Below are positions 47,254-56,944 of a stretch of DNA of 64,000 nt, one piece after another. Position numbers and translations under genes: made by a program. The notes beneath the pieces were generated by a model. It saw only the letters and a program-made list of their open reading frames with translations. It searched no databases and was not told the origin of the DNA. The first letter of the stretch is position 1. Each line of letters begins with the position of its first letter. This DNA comes from an uncultured Candidatus Saccharibacteria bacterium (lineage in GTDB: Bacteria > Patescibacteriota > Minisyncoccia > Phycocordibacterales > UBA2100). Where the stretch lies: positions 546,285 to 610,284 of the forward strand of contig CAYNRJ010000001.1 in NCBI GenBank assembly GCA_964399865.1, read 5' to 3'.

Positions 47254-48336
47254 CTACTTGGCCTCTTCGTTTTCCCCCTCGGATACTGTGCTTTTTGTAG
47301 GCGCAGAGCCTTCAGTAAGACCCTTCTTTACCTCCTTTAAAAGGGCGGCAAGGATGGGCTTATTCTCGTGGAGGAACGTTCGGGCGGCATCGTAGCCACG
47401 GCCTAGCTTATGTTCGCCATATTGGTAGGAGCCGCCTGAGGATTTTTCGACGATGCCATATTTTTCTCCGAGAGCGAGCGCTTCTCCTTCTTTTGAGATA
47501 CCTTCACCGTAGAGCATATCGAATTCTGTCTGGCGGAACGGAGCCGCGACTTTATTCTTTACGATCTTTACACGATGGCGTCCTCCCATTACCTCATCTC
47601 CTTTCTTAATCTGCGCCACGCGGCGAATATCGATGCGTACAGATGTGTAGAACTTGAGCGCCTTTCCACCGGGGGTGGTTTCAGGATTCCCGAACATGAC
47701 CCCTATCTGCATGCGGATCTGGTTGATGAATATGATGACGGTCTTCGTCTTAGAGACAATAGCAGTCAATTTACGGAGAGCTTGTGACATGAGGCGCGCT
47801 TGTTTTCCTACATGCTGCGCTCCCATATCGCCCTCGATCTCGTCTTTTGGAGTGAGTGCTGCGACGGAATCAACGACGATAACGTCTATCTTTCCACTTC
47901 GAACAAGTGATTCTACTATTTCAAGAGCCTGCTCGCCTGTGTCAGGCTGTGAGACGAGAAGATCCTCGATCTTTACCCCCAGCTTCTTTGCGTATTCTGG
48001 ATCCAGTGCGTGTTCTGCGTCTATATACGCACACACACCGCCCCTCTTCTGAGCTTCCGCAACAGAATGGAGAGAGAGGGTAGTCTTACCAGAAGATTCT
48101 GGTCCGAATATTTCAATGATGCGACCGCGGGGGAGTCCGCCTATGCCGAGCGCCCAATCTACACCGATAGAACCGGTGGGGATCGCGTTTACATCTACTT
48201 TCGGCTGTGCACCGAGCATCATGATGGATTCGTCTCCGAATTTTGTTTTTATGTCGGAGATCGCACGCTCAATGTCTTTATCTGTGCCTTTTCCTGTCTG
48301 TTTTGGTGCCGCCTTTTCTTTCTTGGTGAATCCCAT
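47254..48336 (-). CDS. recA: Recombinase RecA
   Basis: [19 protein letters not shown] and [10 protein letters not shown] motifs. Confidence 0.98.
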   Translation of the reverse strand: MGFTKKEKAAPKQTGKGTDKDIERAISDIKTKFGDESIMMLGAQPKVDVNAIPTGSIGVDWALGIGGLPRGRIIEIFGPESSGKTTLSLHSVAEAQKRGGVCAYIDAEHALDPEYAKKLGVKIEDLLVSQPDTGEQALEIVESLVRSGKIDVIVVDSVAALTPKDEIEGDMGAQHVGKQARLMSQALRKLTAIVSKTKTVIIFINQIRMQIGVMFGNPETTPGGKALKFYTSVRIDIRRVAQIKKGDEVMGGRHRVKIVKNKVAAPFRQTEFDMLYGEGISKEGEALALGEKYGIVEKSSGGSYQYGEHKLGRGYDAARTFLHENKPILAALLKEVKKGLTEGSAPTKSTVSEGENEEAK

Positions 48337-48380
48337 ACGGAATAAGTATTACTAAAGTGGTATCTAATAAGTATATCGTA

Positions 48381-48773
48381 TTACTCAGTCTCGGGGTCTG
48401 GGGTTTCGGGCGTGTTTTCTGGCACCTCTTTTGGTCTATAGACTATCTCCACCACTCGCTCAGTCGTTTTGCCATACCTATCTTCAGCGCGTAGCGTTAT
48501 GCGGTTATATCCGGGGGCGAGTGCGTACCCCTCCTCGAATGCTCCCGTCTCTGTGACCGCTATTTCCTTACCATTCATTGAAAGGGAAGTGATACGTTCT
48601 GCTGTCCCGCTTATCGTGATAAAGGATTCCGTGACCTCCATGACGCGAGGGGACACTTCTATTGATGGACCTCGGAGAAGGGCACGACCTTCGAAGAAGG
48701 CATACGCGAGGGCGATTAGGAAGAAGGCGATGAGGACGAAACGAATGACACGACTGTCACGGTAGGGCAGCAT
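48381..48773 (-). CDS. Small TM-anchored Ig-like protein
   Basis: MLPYRD.. TM, then LAPGYNRITLRAEDRYG; start trimmed to avoid overlap with ftsK. Confidence 0.75.
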   Translation of the reverse strand: MLPYRDSRVIRFVLIAFFLIALAYAFFEGRALLRGPSIEVSPRVMEVTESFITISGTAERITSLSMNGKEIAVTETGAFEEGYALAPGYNRITLRAEDRYGKTTERVVEIVYRPKEVPENTPETPDPETE

Positions 48774-48834
48774 AGAGGTTAGGGGCGGTGGCTCACTATT
48801 CGAGTTTCCTTGGGGAGGGAGTTGGAGAGGAAAT

Positions 48835-51147
48835 TCATACGCGATCCTTTTCCGAAGCTTCTTCGTCAGCCATCTCCTCATCAGACTCTTCCTCTTCGAC
48901 AGGTTCACGTGCGAGTTCGTCTGCGTTTCCTTCACCGATGATGTCGCGTGGTTTTGCACCGTCAGCTGGACCGATCACACCTCTTTCTTCAAGGATATCC
49001 ATGAGTCGTGCTGCGCGCGCATACCCAACACCGAGCTTACGCTGTAGATACGATGTGGAAGCTTTACCGGCCTCCACGACGGTCTTTTTGGCTTCCGCGT
49101 ACAGTTCATCATCTTCCTCGCCATCTCCCATGGAAGAGAATATTGCGTCAACGGCCGTACCTCCTTTTGGCTCACTGAAATCGACTTCATCGGAGAGTTG
49201 TCCTTCTGCAGATTTGAGTATGTGGGCAACGACACGCTTCACTTCTGCTTCTGTCGTGTAAGGCGCTTGGATACGACGTGGCTTGGACATCTCTCCGGAG
49301 AGGAAGAGCATGTCACCTGCGCCAAGAAGTTTTTCTGCACCGCTTGTATCGAGGATCGTACGGGAATCAATCTGTGAGGACACCTGGAATGCCATACGGG
49401 CAGGGATGTTTGCTTTGATAAGGCCCGTGATCACTTTTACGGACGGACGCTGAGTCGAGAGAATGATGTGGATACCGACGGCACGGCTCATTTGGGCGAG
49501 GCGAACGATACTTGCCTCAAGCTCTCGTGGGTATGAAGACATGATATCGGCGAGCTCGTCGACGATGACGACGATGTAAGGCATTGCTTCAACTGGAGCG
49601 CCATTCTTGCCAGTAGGAGCCTCACCGTCCTCGGTAGCCTTTTTAAATGCGGGAGCAACAACGTTCTCGTGATATGACCCAATGTCGCGCACCTTTTCGA
49701 TTTCAAGAATGTTGTAACGTCTATCCATTTCCTTTGTGAGCCACTTCATTGCGAGGATGGCTTTCTTTGCGTCTGTAATGACAGGGGAGAGGAGGTGAGG
49801 AATCGAGTTGTATGCAGTAAGTTCGACGCGCTTTGGGTCCACCATGATGAATCGAAGACGTTCAGGTCCGCAGCGATAGAGAAGTGAAATGATGAGATCG
49901 TGTATTGCAACGCTCTTACCCGCACCGGTAGTTCCCGCGATAAGAAGGTGAGGCATGCGCGCGAGATCAGCGTAATGAGGGGCTCCAGTAATAGAGCGAC
50001 CAAGCGCAAGAAGAAGTGGTTTGTCGGATTGTACGAACGCTTCGTCCGACATGAGTGGCGCGAGTCCAAGCGTCGTTCTCGCGATGTTAGGTACTTCAAT
50101 GCCGACGAGTGATTTTCCAGGGATAGGCGCTTCAATGCGTACGGGCGAAGCGGCGAGCGCAAGCTCGAGGTTACTTTGCAGGGCTACTATTTTAGATAGG
50201 CGTACACCCTCGGCTGGTTTCATCGCATATCGTGTAACGGTCGGCCCGATCGATGCCTCATCCATCTCTACCTGAATACCGAAATTCTGGAACGTGCGCC
50301 TAATGATGTTCATGTTCGCCTTCACATCCCCTACCTCCGGTTTTCCTTTGTTCTTAGAAAGGAGTGTTACAGGAGGTGGTGTATAAGCATTACCTGTAGC
50401 AGTAACGAGAGGGAAGCCCTCCATACCGTCACCCGCCTTCTCTTTCGAGCCTCCACGTTTCTCGCCGAAAGTCTTTATAGTAGCTTTCTCTTCAGGTTCA
50501 GGATCTTCTTCGGAAACTTCCTCTTCCACCTCCGCATCCTCCGGAGTTTCTTCAGTGGTCTCAGAGTCCTCCTCTGGTAGACCAACGACAGGTACGTCTT
50601 CCTCCTCCACTTCCTCGCCCTCTTTCTTTTTAAATCGAAGTCGAAGGGCCGCGAAAATAGCATCAAGACGTATATCGAACGCAACTATAAGAGAGGCAAC
50701 TATAAAAGCTGTAAGAAAAATAACTGTCGCAACAGTATCAACAGCGGCGACTGCAGGGACCGAAATCGCGGCGCCTAGAACGCCACCTTTTCCAGGAAGA
50801 GCGAGGTTGACCAATCCGAGTGCAGATAGGAGAAAGACGCAGACACTCGCAAACTGCACCAAGCCAAAATGTTTCTCAAAAGAGCGCAGTCCTGCGATCC
50901 CAGAGAGAATAAGTGAGAGGGGAAGTAGCATGTAGCCGATTCCCAAGAACCACGATAGCTTCTCATACAAGAAGGCACCCACGGTCCCACCTACTCCGAA
51001 ATTGGCGAGAATAAGGAATCCTGCGAGCGCAAGAAAAAAGACGGCTGTGACGCCGCGTATTGCTTCCGGGCTAACTCGCGGCGAAGACTCTACGTCCTCT
51101 TCCTCATCGCGTTTCCTTTTTTTATCGTTCTTTTTCTTTCGCGCCAT
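48835..51147 (-). CDS. ftsK: DNA translocase FtsK
   Basis: N-terminal TMs, PHLLIAGTTGAGKS, VDPKRVEL, QRPSV and gamma domain ASTSYLQRKLGVGYARAAR. Confidence 0.97.
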   Translation of the reverse strand: MARKKKNDKKRKRDEEEDVESSPRVSPEAIRGVTAVFFLALAGFLILANFGVGGTVGAFLYEKLSWFLGIGYMLLPLSLILSGIAGLRSFEKHFGLVQFASVCVFLLSALGLVNLALPGKGGVLGAAISVPAVAAVDTVATVIFLTAFIVASLIVAFDIRLDAIFAALRLRFKKKEGEEVEEEDVPVVGLPEEDSETTEETPEDAEVEEEVSEEDPEPEEKATIKTFGEKRGGSKEKAGDGMEGFPLVTATGNAYTPPPVTLLSKNKGKPEVGDVKANMNIIRRTFQNFGIQVEMDEASIGPTVTRYAMKPAEGVRLSKIVALQSNLELALAASPVRIEAPIPGKSLVGIEVPNIARTTLGLAPLMSDEAFVQSDKPLLLALGRSITGAPHYADLARMPHLLIAGTTGAGKSVAIHDLIISLLYRCGPERLRFIMVDPKRVELTAYNSIPHLLSPVITDAKKAILAMKWLTKEMDRRYNILEIEKVRDIGSYHENVVAPAFKKATEDGEAPTGKNGAPVEAMPYIVVIVDELADIMSSYPRELEASIVRLAQMSRAVGIHIILSTQRPSVKVITGLIKANIPARMAFQVSSQIDSRTILDTSGAEKLLGAGDMLFLSGEMSKPRRIQAPYTTEAEVKRVVAHILKSAEGQLSDEVDFSEPKGGTAVDAIFSSMGDGEEDDELYAEAKKTVVEAGKASTSYLQRKLGVGYARAARLMDILEERGVIGPADGAKPRDIIGEGNADELAREPVEEEESDEEMADEEASEKDRV

Positions 51148-51370
51148 CTTCGACATGATATCACCCTCAATACGCGCGTCTGATTTTTTGCCTGTGACTC
51201 GTTAGCGCACATATAAGAGACAGCGCTGAATTTGAATAATTTGGCAAAAGTGAAAACTAGGAATACTATTCCTATCGAACACGCACTTATTGCGCTTTCA
51301 CCTGTCCTTTATAGACTAAATCGATTGGATCTATATATTGGACGACTAATGGACATATACAGTAAATATT

Positions 51371-52168
51371 ATGGACAGCGGAAAGGACATACAAAAAGTA
51401 GATTATTTGGCTAAAGTGCTAGATAGCTATTTAGTACGGACAAATCCATTTGGCAGAAGCGCATCGGGCGAGCGAGCCTATCGACGGGCGGAGCGCGTGG
51501 TAGCTGCCTTACATATACTGACTAATCACATATCGGTCGCGGAGCCTTCAAGAGTTCACGTACGGAGGACTGGAATTGAGCTCCTCTCGAATGTTTTGGC
51601 GCTTCGTGACGAGATGCGATCCCAATCGTCGTCTGTGTTCCAGGTAATACAATCTTCGATTCGCGAGCTTATATCTTTGGTACGAATACTTTCGGTCTCA
51701 GGTCATGTCTCCCTGCAGAATGCGAATATCATAATTGAGGCAGTGGATGAGCTCGGCACGTTTCTCATTGCATCACAAAGATCGTCTTTATCTGAGAGTA
51801 TCCTCTTTTCAAAAGAGGATCTTATGGGCGCACAGGAACTAGCGCGTATTTCAACTGGGGAGATTTCTCTAACGGACAGTTTTAGAAAGATGTCCGATAG
51901 AAATGAGACTAGGAATGAATCGAAAATGAGTCAAAAGGACACGGATAGGACAATTACTTCAGCTTCAGCGAATCGCGACGCGGACATAAGATCTCAAGCA
52001 ATAATTGGTATTCTTAAGTCCCAGGGTGTTTTGGGCATAAAGGACATATCCTCCAATTTGCCTGAATACAGTGAAAAAATGATTCAGCGCGAACTGGCTC
52101 AGCTAGTAACTTCGGGACGGATCAAAAAGACTGGCCTTAAGCGTTGGAGTAGATACGAATTGATATAG
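51371..52168 (+). CDS. Helical-bundle plus C-terminal winged-HTH protein
   Basis: C-terminal IKDISSNLPEYSEKMIQRELAQLV..G.IKKTG.KRWSRY resembles a DeoR-like wHTH. Confidence 0.75.
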   Translation: MDSGKDIQKVDYLAKVLDSYLVRTNPFGRSASGERAYRRAERVVAALHILTNHISVAEPSRVHVRRTGIELLSNVLALRDEMRSQSSSVFQVIQSSIRELISLVRILSVSGHVSLQNANIIIEAVDELGTFLIASQRSSLSESILFSKEDLMGAQELARISTGEISLTDSFRKMSDRNETRNESKMSQKDTDRTITSASANRDADIRSQAIIGILKSQGVLGIKDISSNLPEYSEKMIQRELAQLVTSGRIKKTGLKRWSRYELI

Positions 52169-52369
52169 ATTCAATATATAGATGTGTGGGGACTGTATGA
52201 AAATTGACTGAATGGGATAACAGTCGTGCAGTATAATTGGCCCATATTTGGGGAAAGATTCTATTAGTACACGCGTCATCGGTATTGACTCCCCTTATGA
52301 GGGGAGGTAGTGTATCACCCGTAACTTGTTAAGCAGGAAAGCCCCGTTTGGGCCTTTTTTGCGCACAAG

Positions 52370-52378
52370 TTATCCACA
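52370..52378 (+). promoter_or_regulatory. Perfect DnaA box
   Basis: TTATCCACA. Confidence 0.5.
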
Positions 52379-52432
52379 AAACAGAGACGTGTGGGCGGCC
52401 TTCAATGTGCCCTGCTGATATATAATTGTGCG

Positions 52433-52860
52433 GATGTTGTCAGAAATGACACATCAGTAAAGCAGGGGACGGCGTCGCGCTGTTCTCTGTGCAGTTCGTT
52501 GACATTTAAATAGTGAAAGCAAATTACAGATGTGGGTTCTATGAACCCGCGTCAAAACTCATTCCAGAAAATTCTGAGATTTTTCGGTCGCGATAGAAAT
52601 TCCGAATGACAGAATCCCATCTCACTGCTAACCCCCGCGTCTTCTGCAACTTATTTAAAAATAAGCGGGAACGTAGGGCTAGCAAAATTAGGGCACGATT
52701 GCTTCGGCAAGCCAGGCCCGAAATTATTAGTTTTCCAACTGCACACATTTAATAATGTAGTTGGGAACACAAACGTTCACATGCTCCCGTCGAAAGAACA
52801 TGTGTACGGGCTGATCTACTTTTATTGGAGATTAGTCACAAAGGTCAAATAACTAAAACT
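52433..52860 (+). ncRNA. Long structured 5' leader of the S-layer-like gene
   Basis: TATAAT at 52421-52426; eight or more consecutive hairpins with G-U pairs and GAAA/UUCG loops; boxA-like GTTCGTTGACA at 52494. Confidence 0.6.
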
Positions 52861-55800
52861 ATGAGTAAAGCATTAGCAACAAAGAATGTTGCAGCACTGC
52901 TCCTCTCTGTAGCAATGGTTTTTGGTGTCACGTTCGCATTCGCCTCACCGGCGAAGGCACAGACGCTTGAAAGCCTCCAGGCTCAGATTGCAGCGTTGCT
53001 CGCACAAATCAGTGCTCTTCAGGGTGGCACAACCACCGGAGGATCATGCACAACCTTCACACGTAATCACCAGATGGGTGACACAGGTGGCGAAGTAATG
53101 GCTATCCAAAAGTTTCTTAACAGCAACGGTGCAGTAATCGCATCTTCAGGAGCAGGTTCTCCTGGTAACGAGACGAGCTACTTCGGTGGTCTCACTCGTG
53201 CAGCGGTTGCGAAATTCCAGGCAGCAAATGGCATCACGCCAGCAGCTGGATACTGGGGTCCAATCTCGCGCGCAAAAGCAAACTCGATGTGCACAGGTAC
53301 ACCGACGGTTCCAGGAGTTCCGATAACGGGCAACGGCCTCAAGGTCATGCTCGCATCTGACTCTCCAGTTAACGTCGCACTTGTCGCTGGTCAGGCTATC
53401 GGTGAACTCGCGAAGTTCGTCTTCGTGAACCCAACTGGCTCACCAGTAACAGTAACCAGCGCATCGTTCCAGAGAATCGGTGTTTCATCTGACTCGACGC
53501 TTACAGCTGTCTATCTCTACAATGGCGCAACCCGCGTCACAGATTCAGCAGCAGTAAACACGGGCATGTTCACCTTCAGCGATTCTGCAGGACTCTTCGT
53601 AGTCCCAGCAGGAAGCTCAGTAACGATCTCAGTTCGCTCCAACATCAACACCGGAACTTCTGGTGAGCAGGTTGGCGTTCAACTGAACTCCCTTGCTGCT
53701 TCTGGCACACTTGATACATCAGTAGTCTTCCCAATCCGCGGCGGTATCCAGACGATCTCGTCTGCTTCCCTCGGAACGGTTGCCATGACGTACTCAGCAC
53801 CATCAGGTTCAACTGAGAACCCAGGCACAGACATTCGTGTATTCGAGGCTTCAACAGTTATCTCAACGCACGCTGCTAACCTTCGCGCGATCACCTTCGA
53901 GAACCGCGGTTCTTCAAGTGACGGCGACCTCCGAAACTTCAAGCTCTATGTAGATGGAGTTCAGGTTGGTTCAACAGTTGCGCAGTCAAGCAATGACAAG
54001 GTAACCTTCGATCTCTCATCGAGTCCGAAGCGCCTTGAGACAGGCACACGCATCATCAAAGTAGTCGCCGACATCGTCGACGGCTCAAGCGAGACATTCG
54101 ACATCCAGGTTCGTCGCGCAGCAGACGCAATGTTTGTTGACGCAGAACTCGGTCAGCCGATTCTCATGACGGGTACATTTGCAGCTGGATCAGCAAACAC
54201 AATTGCATCCGGTACGCTTTCAATCACGAAGGCAGCAAATTCCCCAACTGAGAACATCGCAGTTGGTGCAACAAACGTCCTTCTTGCACGCTATGAAGTT
54301 CGCGCCGCAGGCGAGAGCATCAAGGTTGAGGCAATCAAGGTCTGGGTTGACCAGGGAGCAGCCGATGGTATGGATAATGCCAAGGTATTCCTCAATGGTT
54401 CTCAGATCGGATCTACAAAGGACCTCACATCTGGCGCTAACCCTGACGTAGCTGGTACTGAATTCACATTCGGTTCCTCCTTCATCGCTCGCGCTGGTAT
54501 GACCGAGATTCTTGAGATCTACGGTGATGCAAAGACAAATGACTCTGTAAATTACGCTTCCGGAACATCAGTTGATGTCGGCGTATCTATCGCAGCTGCC
54601 TCAGACACTGAGGGTATGAGCTCGGGTAACACCATCTCCGCCATCTCAGAAGTCGAAGGTAACTCTCGTTCGATCACTTCTTCAACCCTCACAGGTTCGA
54701 AGGCATCTGGCTACGGTGATCAGACAATGATCCCTGGAACCAACAATGCAAAGATCGGTTCGTTCACGCTTTCAGCTGGTTCAACCGAAGCAGTTAACAT
54801 CAACACGATCGCAATCAACCTTTCTTCAACAGAAGCGGCTTCCATCACGGACCTCCGCCTTGTTGATGCCTCAACAGGTACACAGATCGGTTCGACAAAG
54901 GTCTCTCCATCTGGTAGCTCAGGTGACGAAGGCGACAACTCGTTCTCCGTCAACATCGTGCTCCCAGCAAGCGGATCAAAGACCATCGATCTCGTTGCTA
55001 ACATCAAGTCAAACGCAGGTATCGGTGCATTCACAGCTGCTCTTGACGACTCGACAGGTGGTACTGGCGCTTCAACAGCTCAGTCCGTCACGATCGGCAA
55101 CGACGCAACACTTCAGACAATCACTATCGGCAGCGGTACTCTTAACACCGCGGTTGGTGTAAGTCCTGACGATGCGAATGTGATCGCAGGTTCAACTGAC
55201 GTCAAAGTCGGTAACTTCAAGTTCACAGCGCAGAACTCAAGCTTCACGGTGCAGGAGATCAAGGTCAAAGTTCCGGCTAACGCCGCAACCTCTGTCTCTG
55301 CTGTCACATTGAAGTACAAGGATGCAGCGGGTGTAACACAGTCTGCTTCACAGGCTCTTACACTCTCTTCAGGTACTCAGACATATGCAACGGCAACCTT
55401 CACAGGTTTGACGTTCTACGTGCCTCAGAACACCGAAGGAGTCCTCGATGTGTACGTCAACATCCCAACTATCGCTTCCGGTGCTACAACTGGTCGTGGT
55501 ATCACGGTGGTGCTTGATGGCAACGAAGGCTTCAAGGCGATCGACTCAGCTGGTACTCAGACAACAGCTCTCACGAGCTCTACTGACCTCAGCTCTGTCT
55601 CGGCTACAGGCAAGGGTACGATGTACGTACGCAAGTCTAAGCCAACGCTCGCAGCAGTCACTCTGGACAGTTCCACACTCAGTGCAGGAGCTAACCAGGT
55701 TATCGCTCGCTTCAGCATCACAGCTGACGCGGCAGGTGACATCGGCTGGAAGTACTTGAGCTTCACGGTTAACAAGACAGCGGCTGTAACTCTCGATGCT

Positions 55801-56229
55801 ACGACAACAATCGACATCTACGAGGGTTCCAACGCAATCGCTGGTAACTGGGCAACCACAACCGGTAGCTTCCCAACTCAGTCACAAATGTTCACCACGG
55901 CGGCAACGTCTGGTAACCTTGTGTTCGAAGCTACAAGCGAACAGCAGATCGCAGCTGGAACTACAGCAACGTACGAAATTCGTACGACTGTCGGAGGTCT
56001 CGCATCAGGTTCTAACTTGAGCGTCACCCTCGCTAACCCATCGAGTTCGATCTCAACCGACCAGTACTCCGACATCCTCGGAAACTTCGGTGACGCGACT
56101 CCGTCCATCATCTGGACTGACCGCTCTTCGATCTCGACAGTTCACAGCGAATCTACAGACGACTGGACAAACGACTACCTTGTTAAGACCCTTCCTCTCA
56201 CGGTGGGCAACAAGTCAGTAGCGTTCTAA
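52861..56229 (+). CDS. Large secreted S-layer-like protein with peptidoglycan-binding domain
   Basis: Signal peptide (…ASPAKA), LQAQIAALLAQISALQ coil, PG-binding segment (YFGGLTRAAVAKFQ..GYWGPISR), Thr/Ser/Ala/Gly-rich beta repeats, codon usage appears strongly biased. Confidence 0.85.
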   Translation: MSKALATKNVAALLLSVAMVFGVTFAFASPAKAQTLESLQAQIAALLAQISALQGGTTTGGSCTTFTRNHQMGDTGGEVMAIQKFLNSNGAVIASSGAGSPGNETSYFGGLTRAAVAKFQAANGITPAAGYWGPISRAKANSMCTGTPTVPGVPITGNGLKVMLASDSPVNVALVAGQAIGELAKFVFVNPTGSPVTVTSASFQRIGVSSDSTLTAVYLYNGATRVTDSAAVNTGMFTFSDSAGLFVVPAGSSVTISVRSNINTGTSGEQVGVQLNSLAASGTLDTSVVFPIRGGIQTISSASLGTVAMTYSAPSGSTENPGTDIRVFEASTVISTHAANLRAITFENRGSSSDGDLRNFKLYVDGVQVGSTVAQSSNDKVTFDLSSSPKRLETGTRIIKVVADIVDGSSETFDIQVRRAADAMFVDAELGQPILMTGTFAAGSANTIASGTLSITKAANSPTENIAVGATNVLLARYEVRAAGESIKVEAIKVWVDQGAADGMDNAKVFLNGSQIGSTKDLTSGANPDVAGTEFTFGSSFIARAGMTEILEIYGDAKTNDSVNYASGTSVDVGVSIAAASDTEGMSSGNTISAISEVEGNSRSITSSTLTGSKASGYGDQTMIPGTNNAKIGSFTLSAGSTEAVNINTIAINLSSTEAASITDLRLVDASTGTQIGSTKVSPSGSSGDEGDNSFSVNIVLPASGSKTIDLVANIKSNAGIGAFTAALDDSTGGTGASTAQSVTIGNDATLQTITIGSGTLNTAVGVSPDDANVIAGSTDVKVGNFKFTAQNSSFTVQEIKVKVPANAATSVSAVTLKYKDAAGVTQSASQALTLSSGTQTYATATFTGLTFYVPQNTEGVLDVYVNIPTIASGATTGRGITVVLDGNEGFKAIDSAGTQTTALTSSTDLSSVSATGKGTMYVRKSKPTLAAVTLDSSTLSAGANQVIARFSITADAAGDIGWKYLSFTVNKTAAVTLDATTTIDIYEGSNAIAGNWATTTGSFPTQSQMFTTAATSGNLVFEATSEQQIAAGTTATYEIRTTVGGLASGSNLSVTLANPSSSISTDQYSDILGNFGDATPSIIWTDRSSISTVHSESTDDWTNDYLVKTLPLTVGNKSVAF

Positions 56230-56298
56230 GGTCAGTAGTTTCTCAGGCCTAGCGAAGCGACAATTCGCAAGCCTCCAGCTCGGAAATTGGCCGAGCAG

Positions 56299-56328
56299 CA
56301 AGAACCACCCCGAAAGGGGTGGTTTTTG
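56299..56328 (+). terminator. Intrinsic terminator after the S-layer-like gene
   Basis: ACCACCCC-GAAA-GGGGTGGT followed by a T-run. Confidence 0.85.
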
Positions 56329-56365
56329 TTTTGCCCGACAATTTAATTATGATATGGTGATACGT

Positions 56366-56917
56366 ATGAAAAAGAATTTTTTGATAGTGCTTATCGCACT
56401 CGTACTTATCGGAGGGGGAATATGGTACGTATCACAGTCACAAACCGGACAATCTCGTCTAGTTGCAGGTGAGAGCGTATCGAACTGGGATTTTACTGGC
56501 GTGTATACAGGGAACACTGAACTGGAGGCACGTGCAGAAGCAGAAATTGAGCGGCTTGAGGGACTCTTTGGTGAAGAGGGAAGTAGCGAGTACGAGCTCT
56601 ATGTCTCGATCGCGAATCAATACGATCTCCTCGGCGATGGAAAGAAAGAGTACGAATACTTGAACAAGGCGCTCGCGTTAGATTCTGAGAGAACTGGGCT
56701 TGCGTGGAACAATCTCGCGAGACTATTTGAGAAGCTCGGGGCGTACAAGAGTGCACTGCAGGCATTCGATGCAGCTGTCGCAGCTCAGCCATCCTTACAA
56801 AATCAGGAAGCACGGCTCGATTTCCTTAGGACAAGAATGCCGGAAAATACCGCAGCAATCGCACAGGCTGAAGCGCAGCTTCGTGATACTGCGGGGGACC
56901 TCGATTTCGTTGAGTAA
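56366..56917 (+). CDS. TM-anchored TPR protein
   Basis: N-terminal TM; AWNNLARLFEKLG..ALQAFDAAV TPR pattern. Confidence 0.75.
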   Translation: MKKNFLIVLIALVLIGGGIWYVSQSQTGQSRLVAGESVSNWDFTGVYTGNTELEARAEAEIERLEGLFGEEGSSEYELYVSIANQYDLLGDGKKEYEYLNKALALDSERTGLAWNNLARLFEKLGAYKSALQAFDAAVAAQPSLQNQEARLDFLRTRMPENTAAIAQAEAQLRDTAGDLDFVE

Positions 56918-56944
56918 ATCGTACGTGAGTAATTCATCTCTCAC

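Noticed and set aside
52170-52420. oriC
   Set aside because: Only one perfect DnaA box, no dnaA/dnaN nearby and no clear box cluster; skew cannot be judged from this window.
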